A DNA stretch of 64,000 nucleotides from contig OY968796.1 in assembly GCA_963695545.1 (NCBI GenBank), forward strand, positions 288,001-352,000, written 5' to 3'. Shown here piece by piece: positions 41,344 through 51,936 of the stretch. The first letter of the stretch is position 1; each line of letters opens with the position of its first letter. The stretch comes from Terriglobia bacterium. GTDB taxonomy: Bacteria > Acidobacteriota > Terriglobia > Acidiferrales > UBA7541. Both the position numbers and the translations under genes were made by a program. A model generated the notes under the pieces. It had not been told where the DNA came from. It saw only the letters and a program-made list of their open reading frames with translations, and searched no databases.

Positions 41344-41519
41344 AGATGGAGAAGCCAAGGGTGATTCATTCCCGTGAAAGGCGCCCATTCTAGCGCGCGG
41401 GCGGCGGATGTCAAACGTGCGGCTGTGGAAAGCTGTGCGTGCCTGTGAAAGAAATTTTACGAAGACGCTTGCAATTTCCGCGGAGCACGGAGTGAAGAAG
41501 CGGCGCTGGCTGAACGGCG

Positions 41520-44500
41520 CTAGGCGGCGTTGGCCGCGGCGGCGACGCTCTGCTCGGCAGGCTCGTCCCAGCGAACGGAAACCAATTTCGAGACGCCGGG
41601 CTCTTGCATGGTGACACCGTAGAGAACCGAGGCCATTTCCATGGTGCGCCGATTGTGCGTGACCACGATGAACTGCGTGCCGTCGCCCATTTCGCGGATC
41701 ATTTGCGTGAAGCGGCCGACGTTGGCTTCGTCAAGCGGCGCGTCCACTTCATCCAGGATGCAGAAGGGGCTGGGCTGATAGCGGAAGACGGCGATCAGCA
41801 GCGCGAGAGCGGTGAGCGCTTTTTCGCCGCCGGAAAGCAGCAGAACATTTTGCAAGCGCTTGCCCGGCGGTTGCGCGGCGATGTCGATACCGGGTTCGCC
41901 GGAGCTATCGGGTTCGGAAAGACGCATCTCGCCGTGGCCGCCGCCGAACATGGTGCGAAACGCGGTGGCGAAATGGGCGTTGATCGCGTGGAAGGCTTGC
42001 TCGAATTTTTCGCGGCAGACCTGGTCGAGTTCGGTGATGGCCTGCTGCGTATCGGTGATGGATTGCAAAAGGTCGTCGCGCTCGCGGGACAGGAACGTGA
42101 AGCGGCCCTCGCATTCGTTGAATTCTTCAAGCGCCATCATATTGATGGGGCCCATGGATTCGATGCGCGTCTTGAGATCGTGATACTGCGCGTCGGCGGC
42201 GCGAAGTTCTTCGCCGGTTAGAAGTGCCGTTTCCGCGGCGATCAAGTCTTCCGGTTGCGCGTTCAATTCTTCAAGGCAGGCCTGGCGCAGATGCTCGCGC
42301 TCGGAATCGTTGCGCGCGCGGTCGATTTCGTGGCGGCTGCGCTCTTCGCGCAGATCACCGAGAGTTTGGCGAGCCATGCGCAGCGCATCGTCGACTTCGA
42401 CGCCGCGCGTGCGCGCGGATTCCCATTCGCGCTCGAGCTCGATTTTGCGCTCGTCGAGGCGCGCCTTCTCACGACGCAGGGATTCGGCTTTCTCCTGCTG
42501 CTCGCGCGTCTGCGCATCGATTTGCTCGCGCTCGGCCGCGACTTCTTCGGCCTGGTGATCGAGCGCGGCGAACCGCGCGGACAATTCCTCTTGCTCCTCG
42601 GCCAAGCGAGCGGCCTCGGCTGCGGCGTGCGCGCGGCGCTCCTGCAATTGCGCGAGCGCGGCGCGGCGGCCGGACAATTCCTGCTGTGCGGTGACCGAAC
42701 GTTGACGCAGATCGGAAATGCGCGCGGCGGTTTCGGCGATTTCCCGTTCGGCAGCATCGCGCGCGGCGCTGGCTTCGGTGCGTCCGGCCGCGGCGGTTTC
42801 GACGCGCCGCCGCGCGGCGCCGGCGTGGGCGCGCAGGCGGCCCAGCTCATTCTGGCAATCCGTCAATTCCATTCCCAAGCGCGCGAGTTCGCCGTGCTGT
42901 TGTTCGCGCAAGTGCGTGGCGCCGACGACGGCTTTTTCGGCGTCCATTTGATCTGCGGAAATGCGATCGAGAGTTTCGGCCGCGGTGTGAAGTTCGCCTT
43001 CGAGGTGAGCGAGCGCGGCTTGCGCTTCGCTCGCCTCGCGTTCAAGGCGCAGCACTTCGGCGTCCAGCTCGCGGAGTTCGCGCTTCATGACGAGTGGGCC
43101 GGCTTCGGTGGGACGCCCGCCGCTGACCATGCGGCCTTGGTAGCAGGTGCCGTCGATGGTGACGAAATGATGCGCGGGATTTTGCCGAGCCAATGTCTCG
43201 GCGGCGGCAGCGGTTTCGACCAAGTACGCGGAACCGAGGCGCGGCAAAAACTGCTTGGCCAATGGGCCAAGCGGATCGCGGAACTCGACGAGCTGATCCA
43301 GGCGCGCGACGACTTCGGAGCCGGCTTCAAAGGGCATCGGCGGCACGGCGCCGGGAGAAAGATTCAGAGTGCGCAGCGAATCGACGAAGAACGTGGCGCG
43401 GCCGCCGACCTCGGCCTGCAGCATGGCGATGCCGGCGCGAGCGACGTCGAAAGTGTCAACGACGACGTATTCGAGCTCGTCGCGCAGGAACTGTTCGACG
43501 GCGGTTTCGTAGCGCTCCTGAACTTCGACGTAATCGGCGAGAACGCCGACGGCGCGGAATCCGCGCTCGGACGCCGAACCGTTCGCGGCGAAAAGTTTCT
43601 GCACGGCTTCAGCGGTGTACGAGCGATCGTTCAAAATCTGGGAAAGCGTGGCGCGGCGCGCGCGTCCGCCGGCCAACTCGCTGCGGGCGCTATCGGAATG
43701 CGCCACGCTCGATTGCTGCTGGCGGCGCAAATCGCCGATGCGCGCCTGGGCGTCGCGGACGGCTTGATCGAGATGACGAGCGCGGTCGGATGCGGACTTC
43801 CAATTCAGATCGGCGGCTTCGGCGCGCTCGCGGTTAATTAAAGATTCTTCGAGCAAGCGTTGTTCGACCATTTCGGAATGAGCGACGGCTTCGGTTTGGT
43901 GCGCCAAATCCTGTTCGGCCTGCGCGTGTTCGCCGTGCAAACGCGCGAGATCCTGAGCGAGGCGCTCGGAAAGTTCGCGCAATTCGGCGATGCGCGTTTC
44001 GCTGGAAGCGGCGGCGCCATCGAGGCCGGTTCCCTCTTCGGCCAACTGAGCGATGGCGGCTTCAAGGCGTGCGGTTTCGTCGGAAACCGCGGCAAACGAT
44101 TCCTGCTGCTCACGCACGCGGACTTCGAGCTGCGCGGTTTGCGCGGCGAGCTGATCGGTTTCCTGGCGCAATTGGCGAATTCGCGCGTCGAGCTCTTCAG
44201 AGCGCTGGTGATTGAATGTGATGCGATTTTCGCTGCGGTCAAGCTCGAGGCCGGCTTGCCCGGCGAGATTCTGATTCTGGCGCAATTCGTCGTCGAGCTC
44301 GAAAACGCGGCGAGACAATCGTTCCTGTTCGGCTTCGAGCTGCGCGGTGGAGGTTGAAAAGTGCGATTCGCGGCCGGCGATTTCGGCGAGAGCGCGCTCG
44401 AGACGCGCGGCCTCAGAATCAAGCTCACGCGCTTTGCTGCCCAACACTTGCCGCAACATGCCGCGCATCTGCTCGCGCATTTCGGAATAGCGCCGCGCGC

Positions 44501-45419
44501 GCGAGGCCTGGCGCTTGAGCGAGCCGAGCTGTTTTTCGACTTCGACCAGAATGTCGTTCACGCGCGAGAGATTCAGTTTCGAGGCTTCGAGTTTCGCTTC
44601 GGAGAGCCGGCGCTTGGTTTTGAATTTCGTGATTCCGGCGGCTTCTTCGATGATGGCGCGACGGTCGGAAGGCTTGGTGCTGAGAATTTGACCGATGCGG
44701 CCCTGCTCGATGATGGCGTAAGAATCTGGGCCAAGGCCGATGCCCATGAACAATTCTTGAACATCGCGCAGGCGCACGATGCGGCCATTTAGAAGATATT
44801 CGCTTTGGCCGGAGCGATAGAGGCGGCGGCCGATCACTACTTCGCCGATTTTCATTTGCGAGGCGGCTTGTGCGGCGGCTTCTTCGCTGGCGCGTTTCTT
44901 GCGGCGGAACTTCGAGAGGCGCGCGTCGGGCTCGTCCGCAACCGGAGCGTCAGCGGCCTCGGGACCGATTACGGTGAGGTCGTCGCTCGCAAGCGACGCG
45001 TCGTCGGGTGCAATCATCGCGTCGGCTGCGTCCGGGGCGACAACTTCGATTTCGGCGGGCCCCTCGTTCAGCGCTCCGACGGCAGGCGCTCCGCCGGATT
45101 GCGGGCTATCGGGCGTGCCGTCGAGAACTTTACGCGCGGCTTCGGCGAGTTCCGGGTCCACCAGCGTCAGAGTGACCTCGGCGAGGCCCATCGGCGGGCG
45201 CTTGGCGGTGCCATTGAAAATGCAATCGGACATGCGCTCGGCGCGGAGCGATTTGTGGCTTTGCTCGCCGAGCACCCAGGAGACGGCGTCGACGATGTTC
45301 GATTTCCCGCAGCCGTTGGGGCCGATGATGCAGGTGAGGCCGGTGCCGCTGAACGCGATGTGCGTCCGGTCGGAAAAAGATTTAAAGCCCGCCACTTCGA
45401 CTTTGCGAAGCTTCAGCAA
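41520..45419 (-). CDS. smc: Chromosome segregation protein SMC
   Basis: GFKSF, GPNGCGKSN, coiled coils with hinge, LSGGE, LDEVDAPLD. Confidence 0.95.
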   Translation of the reverse strand: MLKLRKVEVAGFKSFSDRTHIAFSGTGLTCIIGPNGCGKSNIVDAVSWVLGEQSHKSLRAERMSDCIFNGTAKRPPMGLAEVTLTLVDPELAEAARKVLDGTPDSPQSGGAPAVGALNEGPAEIEVVAPDAADAMIAPDDASLASDDLTVIGPEAADAPVADEPDARLSKFRRKKRASEEAAAQAASQMKIGEVVIGRRLYRSGQSEYLLNGRIVRLRDVQELFMGIGLGPDSYAIIEQGRIGQILSTKPSDRRAIIEEAAGITKFKTKRRLSEAKLEASKLNLSRVNDILVEVEKQLGSLKRQASRARRYSEMREQMRGMLRQVLGSKARELDSEAARLERALAEIAGRESHFSTSTAQLEAEQERLSRRVFELDDELRQNQNLAGQAGLELDRSENRITFNHQRSEELDARIRQLRQETDQLAAQTAQLEVRVREQQESFAAVSDETARLEAAIAQLAEEGTGLDGAAASSETRIAELRELSERLAQDLARLHGEHAQAEQDLAHQTEAVAHSEMVEQRLLEESLINRERAEAADLNWKSASDRARHLDQAVRDAQARIGDLRRQQQSSVAHSDSARSELAGGRARRATLSQILNDRSYTAEAVQKLFAANGSASERGFRAVGVLADYVEVQERYETAVEQFLRDELEYVVVDTFDVARAGIAMLQAEVGGRATFFVDSLRTLNLSPGAVPPMPFEAGSEVVARLDQLVEFRDPLGPLAKQFLPRLGSAYLVETAAAAETLARQNPAHHFVTIDGTCYQGRMVSGGRPTEAGPLVMKRELRELDAEVLRLEREASEAQAALAHLEGELHTAAETLDRISADQMDAEKAVVGATHLREQQHGELARLGMELTDCQNELGRLRAHAGAARRRVETAAAGRTEASAARDAAEREIAETAARISDLRQRSVTAQQELSGRRAALAQLQERRAHAAAEAARLAEEQEELSARFAALDHQAEEVAAEREQIDAQTREQQEKAESLRREKARLDERKIELEREWESARTRGVEVDDALRMARQTLGDLREERSRHEIDRARNDSEREHLRQACLEELNAQPEDLIAAETALLTGEELRAADAQYHDLKTRIESMGPINMMALEEFNECEGRFTFLSRERDDLLQSITDTQQAITELDQVCREKFEQAFHAINAHFATAFRTMFGGGHGEMRLSEPDSSGEPGIDIAAQPPGKRLQNVLLLSGGEKALTALALLIAVFRYQPSPFCILDEVDAPLDEANVGRFTQMIREMGDGTQFIVVTHNRRTMEMASVLYGVTMQEPGVSKLVSVRWDEPAEQSVAAAANAA

Positions 45420-45689
45420 GTCCTTACCTCGTTTGCGGCCTCATCATGGTCATTCATGCCGCCCGCGCGTGCCGGGGCGAACAAATGGCGTGACGAGTGC
45501 CGTTTCCTCGGGAGAGTCGTACCTGCGACAAAACGAGTAGGGTGGGTCGCTGACAGTGGCCCAGCCGCCTGGCGCGTGGATTGGCGGTTACAAGCGAAAC
45601 ATAACACATCGGGCGCGCTGAGTAAAGATGCGGGGTGTGGATGATGTGCGCAATCAGAGCAAATCTGTTCGTGCGGCGAAGGTAAAAAC

Positions 45690-46787
45690 TCAAACCGAGG
45701 GGCGGACGCCCTGGCTGGCGGAGGCTACGGCGTCGCGCGTGGAGTTCTTAACGGAATACATGGCCTCGTCGGCGAGATGCAAGAGCTCGACTTTGGATTT
45801 GGCGTCGGCGGGATATGACGCGACGCCGATGCTGGCGGTTATGCGGATGCTCAAACCCTCGCCGGCAAGCCAAACGTGCTCGCGGAGCAGCGTGTGCAAG
45901 CGGTGAGCCGTGGCGACGGCGCTTTCCTTTGAGGCTTGCGGCAAAACGATCACGAATTCATCTCCGCCGTAGCGGAATGCGAAATCGATCAGGCGGCAAT
46001 TCGAGCGCAGGAACTGGCCGATCTCGGCCAGCAGCGTCGAGCCGATCAGGTGGCCGTGCGTATCGTTGACGCTCTTGAAGTGATCGAGGTCGATGAAGAT
46101 AAGCGAGAATTCGTAGCCATAGCGCTGCGAGCGGTAGACTTCCGTTTCCAGGATGAAGTTCATGTGGCGCGCGTTGTAGAGCGCCGTGCAATCGTCGGTG
46201 ATGGTCAGCTCGTGAATGCGCTTGACGGTGCGCGCGTTTTCGAGAGCGATCGCGGCGAAATCCGCCAGCGCCTCGAGCAGAGCCAAATCGCGATCGTGAA
46301 AGCCATCGGCGCCAACGCAATTGATCAGCTCAATCACGCCGAGGCAGTGATCGCGATAGCGCACGGGCACGGCCACGATCGAGTGCGTTTCCATCTTGGT
46401 CTTCTCGTCGACTTGCGCGAAAAAGCGCGTGTCGCGGCTGACGTCAGGCACGATCACGGCCTTTTCGTTCTCGGCGACCCAGCCTGCGATACCCTGGCCC
46501 ATCTTGATGCGTACGTCTTTCAAAATTTGCGCGTTCTTGCCGACCGCGAGCTCAAAATAAAGTTCGCGCTTTTCGTCGTCCACCAGCAGCAACGACCAGG
46601 TGTCCGGACGCAAAAATTCGTCGATCTTTTCCATGATCGTGCGCAGCACCTGATCGAGCTGCAGCGACGAAGTGAGCGCCTTGCCCAGCTCATGGAAAAC
46701 GGCGACCTCTCCAGCTTCGCGCTGGTCAGGCGTGCCGGAAGGATTGCGGCGGCGGTCGGCGCCGCTGAATTGTTTCGTCTCGGTCAC
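45690..46787 (-). CDS. GAF-GGDEF diguanylate cyclase (start uncertain)
   Basis: GAF domain; DLDHFKSVND.HGH, RYGGDEF. Confidence 0.9.
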   Translation of the reverse strand: MTETKQFSGADRRRNPSGTPDQREAGEVAVFHELGKALTSSLQLDQVLRTIMEKIDEFLRPDTWSLLLVDDEKRELYFELAVGKNAQILKDVRIKMGQGIAGWVAENEKAVIVPDVSRDTRFFAQVDEKTKMETHSIVAVPVRYRDHCLGVIELINCVGADGFHDRDLALLEALADFAAIALENARTVKRIHELTITDDCTALYNARHMNFILETEVYRSQRYGYEFSLIFIDLDHFKSVNDTHGHLIGSTLLAEIGQFLRSNCRLIDFAFRYGGDEFVIVLPQASKESAVATAHRLHTLLREHVWLAGEGLSIRITASIGVASYPADAKSKVELLHLADEAMYSVKNSTRDAVASASQGVRPSV

Positions 46788-47018
46788 AAAAAGGCCTAAG
46801 TTCCTGCGCGGACCTGGACTGCCCGCGCGACAGGTTGCAAGCAATTTCAATTATAGACGCCGAGTTTTTCCCGGCGCAACGCAGACTTCTGGCCGCGTTT
46901 CACAATCGGCAGCATGCCTCCGGGCCAACTGGCGCGATGTGCCGGATCGACACAGCGCCTGCGATTGACACTCTTTCGCCGCGCGCCTATAGTGACTTCG
47001 AGAAATTTTTCTTCTTCG

Positions 47019-48065
47019 ATGGACCAACCGCGAACGCAAGAAGGCAACCAATCGACCGCAAAGGACGGCTTCGGCGTCCACCTGCGCAGGGAGCGGGAGA
47101 TGCGCGGCGTGACGCTCGAGGAAATTTCCTCGGCCACGCGCATTGGCACGCGCTTCCTGGATGCGCTCGAGACCGAACACTGGGATCGGCTGCCCGGCGG
47201 CGTCTTCAATCGCGGATTTGTGCGCACCACGGCGCAATTTCTGGGCTTGGATCCGGAAGCGATGCTGGCCGAGTACACCTTGGCAACCACAGATTCCGCG
47301 CGTCCGACCCCGCCCGTATTCATCCATTCGCAAAGTTCGTGGACGCCGAGGATGGCACCTGCTCAAAGCGATCGCCGATGGATGCCGCTTGCGGCGCTGC
47401 TTGCGATTGTTGCAATCGCGGCTGGCGGCTGGTTTACGTGGAGACATATGCGCCGCGCTCGCGCCGACGCCGCTGTGCTCGCGGCCGCATCTGGCGCTGC
47501 GGCCACGAACGACGTGCCACCCGCGGTCGAAACGAGTGCGCCGGCCGCCGCGCCGACGACGACCGACGCTCCGGACGCGACATCTCCAACGGCGTTAGCT
47601 CCGACGCCGCAACCCGCGACGGATTCTTCGGCGGCGGCCAATAGCGCGCCTTCGACCACGGCTTCGGCTCCGACGTCGGACAGCGCGAGCGATTCAGCGG
47701 CTACTTCCTCGACGGACGCAGCGACTCCGGCCGCGGCCGCCGCACCCGTTGCGACGCCAGCAACGGCACCGGCATCCGCGCCCGCATCTACCTCCGGGCC
47801 GCTCACGTTGAAAATCGAAGTCGGACGCGCGACCACCGTGAGCGTCAGCGTGGATGGCCACAAATCTTTTCGCGGCAAGATTCCCTCGGGCGGCAGCCGC
47901 ACGTTCCAGGCGAACCAAGTGTTTTTCGTGATGGCGCGCGACGCGGGCGGAGTGCTGCTCGAGCTCAACGGGCAAACGCTGCCGCCTCTCGGACCGCCGG
48001 GCCACTCAGCAAGCATTCGGCTCACTCGCGAATCGCTCAAAACACAGGACGGTACGAACCATTAG
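47019..48065 (+). CDS. rodZ: RodZ-like HTH-TM protein
   Basis: 'LRREREMRG..LEEIS..TRI..RFL.ALE...LPGGVFNRGFVR', TM, Ala/Thr/Pro linker, C-terminal beta domain. Confidence 0.75.
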   Translation: MDQPRTQEGNQSTAKDGFGVHLRREREMRGVTLEEISSATRIGTRFLDALETEHWDRLPGGVFNRGFVRTTAQFLGLDPEAMLAEYTLATTDSARPTPPVFIHSQSSWTPRMAPAQSDRRWMPLAALLAIVAIAAGGWFTWRHMRRARADAAVLAAASGAAATNDVPPAVETSAPAAAPTTTDAPDATSPTALAPTPQPATDSSAAANSAPSTTASAPTSDSASDSAATSSTDAATPAAAAAPVATPATAPASAPASTSGPLTLKIEVGRATTVSVSVDGHKSFRGKIPSGGSRTFQANQVFFVMARDAGGVLLELNGQTLPPLGPPGHSASIRLTRESLKTQDGTNH

Positions 48066-48141
48066 CACCAGCGCCGTAAGCCAAGAAATCCGCTCAGGCA
48101 CGGCGACGCAGGCGACCAAGCTCGGCGTTTGCGCGGGAACC

Positions 48142-49035
48142 GTGTTGCTGGCGACGGCGGAGCGAGGCGAGGCGCTCGCCATCCTTGCAAGCGACGCCGA
48201 CGCGGCGGTCCGGGAATCGGCGGCCAAGGCGCTCACAACTTTCCCGGTCGATTCCATGCTCGCGGCGCTGGCGCTTCCGGATGCGTCACCGAAATTGTTT
48301 GCGTTCTGCGCAGCCCACTGGGGCGAGCGGCCGCGCGTGGCCGACGCGATGGCCAAGAATCCAGCGTGTCCGTTTGAAGTGTTGCGTCCAGTGGCGCGCC
48401 ATCTTTCTACCGCCGCCGTACAACTGCTTCTCGACAATCTCGATCCGCTGAGCACGGCGCCGGGGCTGATGACCGCACTTGTGCAGTCGTCTTCGTTGAC
48501 AGCGGAGCAGCGCTCGGAGCTGCAAGATTTGCTCAAGGAGTCGCCGGAAGCGGAATCAACGTTTGTCGAAGCCGCGGCGGAGGCCGTGCCGGACCCCGTG
48601 AAACGCATCACGCTTTTGCAGCGCCTGGCGAGGATGCGCGTGGTCGAGCGCGTGCAACTGGCGCTGAAGGGCGGCCGCGAGGAGCGCATTCTGCTGATCA
48701 AAGATCCATGCAAGGTTGTGCAGCGCGCCGTGCTGCAATCGCCGCGCATCACGGACCAAGAAGTGGAATCCTTCGCCGCGATGACCATCTTGAGCGAAGA
48801 GGTGCTGCGCATGATCGCCACGAATCGCGTGCACCGCAAAAACTACAACGTCATTCACAGCATCCTGTTCAATCCCAAGGCGCCGCTCGACGTCACGCTG
48901 CACATGTTGGCCAGCGCCAATCCCATCGACCTCAAGCAACTCGCAAAAAGCCGCAACGTCCCGGAAACGCTGCGCACGTCAGCCGCGCGTCTGCAGATCC
49001 AGCGCAACCAGGCAAAGATGGCGAAGGACGATTAG
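48142..49035 (+). CDS. Helical-repeat hypothetical protein (true start probably upstream)
   Basis: Host-like codon usage; 'LALKG.REER.LLI.D..K.V..AVL.SPR' pattern; frame stays open back to about 48061. Confidence 0.65.
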   Translation: MLLATAERGEALAILASDADAAVRESAAKALTTFPVDSMLAALALPDASPKLFAFCAAHWGERPRVADAMAKNPACPFEVLRPVARHLSTAAVQLLLDNLDPLSTAPGLMTALVQSSSLTAEQRSELQDLLKESPEAESTFVEAAAEAVPDPVKRITLLQRLARMRVVERVQLALKGGREERILLIKDPCKVVQRAVLQSPRITDQEVESFAAMTILSEEVLRMIATNRVHRKNYNVIHSILFNPKAPLDVTLHMLASANPIDLKQLAKSRNVPETLRTSAARLQIQRNQAKMAKDD

Positions 49036-49102
49036 GCGCTCCGACGATTCCCGCGTGATTGATTGAGTGACTTGAAGATGGAGCGCAGCGGAGGTCGGAA
49101 GA

Positions 49103-50620
49103 TTAATTCTGGGCGCCATTCGGAGGCGCGGCGAGCGATTTCTGTACGCGCTCTCCCCAGACTTTCGCGGCGGCGATGATCGCGGCCTGATCGAGCGTGA
49201 GCACGCGGCGATCTTGCATCACGATGCGCCCGCCGATAACCACGGTGCGGACGTCGCTGGCGGTAAGCGAATATACGATTTGACCGTACAACTCGTAGAG
49301 CGGCACGGCATGCGGGGCGTCGAGATCAAGCACGATCAGATCGGCCTTTTTGCCGGGCTCGAGCGAGCCGATTTCGGCGTCCATGTGAATCGCGCGTGCA
49401 CCGTCGATGGTGGCCATCTCCACCGCTTGCTCGGCCGAGAGCGCACGCGGATCCATGTGCGAAACCTTCTGAAGTTTCGCGGCCAGATCCATCTCGCGCA
49501 TCAAATCCATGTCGTTGTTGCTTCCGGCCGGTCCGTCAGTGCCCAGCCCCACCGCCACGCCGCCCGCCATCAGCGCGCCCACGGGCATCACGCCGCTCGC
49601 TAGCAACATATTTGAGGAGGGGTTGTTAACGCAGCCGGTGTGGTGCTCGGCGAGCAAAGCGATGTCGGCGGCGTTCACCCAAATGCAATGCGCGGCGATC
49701 ACGTCGGGGCCGAGAAAGCCGATGCGGTCCAGATACGCGACGGGAGTGGCGTGATTCTTCGCCAGACTGTCGTCGAGCTCTTTCTTGGTTTCGGCCACGT
49801 GAATCTCAAGCGGCGCATGGTAACGGCGCGCGAGTTCCGCAGCCGAGCGCAGCGTCTGCTCCGACGTGGTGTAAATCGAATGCGGCGCGACGGCCGCGGT
49901 GATCAGCGGATCGCCCTGCCAATCCTGCAAAAACTTTTCGGTGTAGGCCAGCGCCTGCGGCGTGGTCTTGTTGTCGGGCGCCGGAAAATCGATCAGCGTT
50001 TCGCCCAGGATGGCGCGCATCCCCGCGGCCTTGGTGACGCGCGCGACGGCGTCCTCAAAGTAGTACATGTCCACGTAGGTGGTGATGCCGGCGCGCATCA
50101 TTTCGAGCACGCCGAGGCGCGTGCCATCGGTTACGAAAGGTTCGGTGACGTTGCGGGCTTCGGCGGGGAAAATATAGTTGTTCAACCAATCTTGCAGCGT
50201 GACGTCGTCGGCAAGGCCGCGCAGCAAGGTCATGGCGGCGTGCGCGTGGCCATTGACCAAGCCGGGCATCACCAAGCGACCTTGCGCCGCGATGCGCTCC
50301 GCCGGATCGTAGCGCGCTTCAAGCTCCGCGCGCGGGCCGACGGCCACGATCGTATCGCCGCGCACGGCGACGGCACCGTCATCAAGCACGCGGCGCGACG
50401 CGTCCATGGTGACGACGGTGCCGCCCTCGATCAGCAAACTGATTTTTTCTTTGGGTTTATCCGCCGGCATCGTTTCGGGCTTGTTCGACTGTCCCTGCAC
50501 GGCCCGAGCTCCTGAAATCAGAATCGCGCAAAGGCAAAGCGCGCGCAAGGCTCCGCGGCTCGAGCCGCGCCCCTTCCGCAATGGCCGCAACATGGCGGTT
50601 TTCCAAGCGAACTCAGTCAT
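49103..50620 (-). CDS. Amidohydrolase (MTA/SAH or nucleoside deaminase-like) with predicted signal peptide
   Basis: H-x-H (GHAH), APHS.Y, HVAET, LGTDG.A.SNN, GK.AD. Confidence 0.85.
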   Translation of the reverse strand: MTEFAWKTAMLRPLRKGRGSSRGALRALCLCAILISGARAVQGQSNKPETMPADKPKEKISLLIEGGTVVTMDASRRVLDDGAVAVRGDTIVAVGPRAELEARYDPAERIAAQGRLVMPGLVNGHAHAAMTLLRGLADDVTLQDWLNNYIFPAEARNVTEPFVTDGTRLGVLEMMRAGITTYVDMYYFEDAVARVTKAAGMRAILGETLIDFPAPDNKTTPQALAYTEKFLQDWQGDPLITAAVAPHSIYTTSEQTLRSAAELARRYHAPLEIHVAETKKELDDSLAKNHATPVAYLDRIGFLGPDVIAAHCIWVNAADIALLAEHHTGCVNNPSSNMLLASGVMPVGALMAGGVAVGLGTDGPAGSNNDMDLMREMDLAAKLQKVSHMDPRALSAEQAVEMATIDGARAIHMDAEIGSLEPGKKADLIVLDLDAPHAVPLYELYGQIVYSLTASDVRTVVIGGRIVMQDRRVLTLDQAAIIAAAKVWGERVQKSLAAPPNGAQN

Positions 50621-50653
50621 AGGTAGCGACCCTGCGGACGTGGAGGGTCGACG

Positions 50654-51070
50654 TTACAAAAACGACGAATCGAACGGTTCGGGAAAAAGCTCCCTCATGC
50701 GGCGAATTTCAACTTTGCCCTTCAAATTCGCAAGCACGATCTCCGCGTCGCCGCAGAACTCCCACAAAATCTGGCGGCAGGCGCCGCACGGAGGCGTAAG
50801 CCGGTCGGTATCCGCGACGACGGCCACGGATTCAAATTTGCGTTCGCCGTCGGACACGGCCTTGAAAATCGCGACGCGCTCCGCGCACAACGTGAGGCCG
50901 TAGGTGGCATTTTCGATGTTGCAGCCGGTGAAGACGCGTCCGGAAGCCGCGCGCACGGCCGCGCCGACGCGAAATTTCGAGAACGGCGCGTGTGCGTTCT
51001 CGCGCGCAGCGCGAGCGGCCGCGATCAGATCGTCGCGCTGAACATCGTGCAGAACCTTCTGTTTGCTCAT
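50654..51070 (-). CDS. cdd: Cytidine deaminase
   Basis: CNIENA, CAER, PCGACRQ. Confidence 0.93.
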   Translation of the reverse strand: MSKQKVLHDVQRDDLIAAARAARENAHAPFSKFRVGAAVRAASGRVFTGCNIENATYGLTLCAERVAIFKAVSDGERKFESVAVVADTDRLTPPCGACRQILWEFCGDAEIVLANLKGKVEIRRMRELFPEPFDSSFL

Positions 51071-51936
51071 GCCAGCTCCGCCGCGATGCGCGGAATCACG
51101 GCCAAGAGCAGCGCGATGAATTGGTGTTTCACGCGCTCGCCGGTTTCGATCACTTCTTCCGTGGTGATCGGCTGATCCAATATTCCGGCGGCCATGTTCG
51201 TCACGCACGAAATTCCCAGCACACGAATCCCCAAGTGTGACGCGGCGATCGCTTCCGGCACGGTGGACATCCCGACCAGGTCCGCGCCGAGCGTGCGCAG
51301 CGCGCGAATTTCCGCGGGTGTTTCATAACTTGGGCCGGTCATCGCGGCGTAGACGCCCTCGAAAGTTCCCAGGCCCAGACGCGAGGCCTCTTCAAGCGCG
51401 ATCTTTCGATACGACGGCTCATAGGCCCGCGACATATCCGGAAAGCGCACGCCGAATCGCGGATCGTTCGGCCCGATCAGCGGATTCGTGCCTTGCACGT
51501 TGATGTGATCACGCAGGACCACCAGGCATCCTTGTGAATACTCGCGGCTGATTCCACCGGCGGCATTCGTCAGAATCACCGCGCGCACGCCGAGGCGCGC
51601 CAGCACGCGCATCGGAAAAATCACTTCTTGCTGCGAATAGCCTTCGTAAAAATGCACGCGGCCTTGCATCACAGCCACGGGAATTTTGCCCACTTCGCCA
51701 ATCACCAATCGCCCCGCGTGGCCCACGGCCGTCGAGCGCGGGAAATGCGGAATCTTCGCGTAGTCGATGCGCGTGGCGCGCGCCATGCCATCGGCGAATG
51801 CGCCCAAGCCGCTGCCCAGCACCAGCGCGATGCGCGGCCGCAAGCGCGTTCGCGCGCGGATAAATTTCGCCGCGCGTTCGGCGCGCGCGAAATCGTCGCC
51901 GGACCGCGCCGCGCCGCGTCGCGCCGCCGCGCTCAT
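51067..51936 (-). CDS. punA: Purine-nucleoside phosphorylase
   Basis: LGSGLG, GRVHFYEG, TNAAGG, GPSYETPAE, VGMSTVPE. Confidence 0.93.
   Translation of the reverse strand: MSAAARRGAARSGDDFARAERAAKFIRARTRLRPRIALVLGSGLGAFADGMARATRIDYAKIPHFPRSTAVGHAGRLVIGEVGKIPVAVMQGRVHFYEGYSQQEVIFPMRVLARLGVRAVILTNAAGGISREYSQGCLVVLRDHINVQGTNPLIGPNDPRFGVRFPDMSRAYEPSYRKIALEEASRLGLGTFEGVYAAMTGPSYETPAEIRALRTLGADLVGMSTVPEAIAASHLGIRVLGISCVTNMAAGILDQPITTEEVIETGERVKHQFIALLLAVIPRIAAELA

Noticed and set aside
42255..43841. 528-aa + strand ORF
   Set aside because: Antisense shadow of smc
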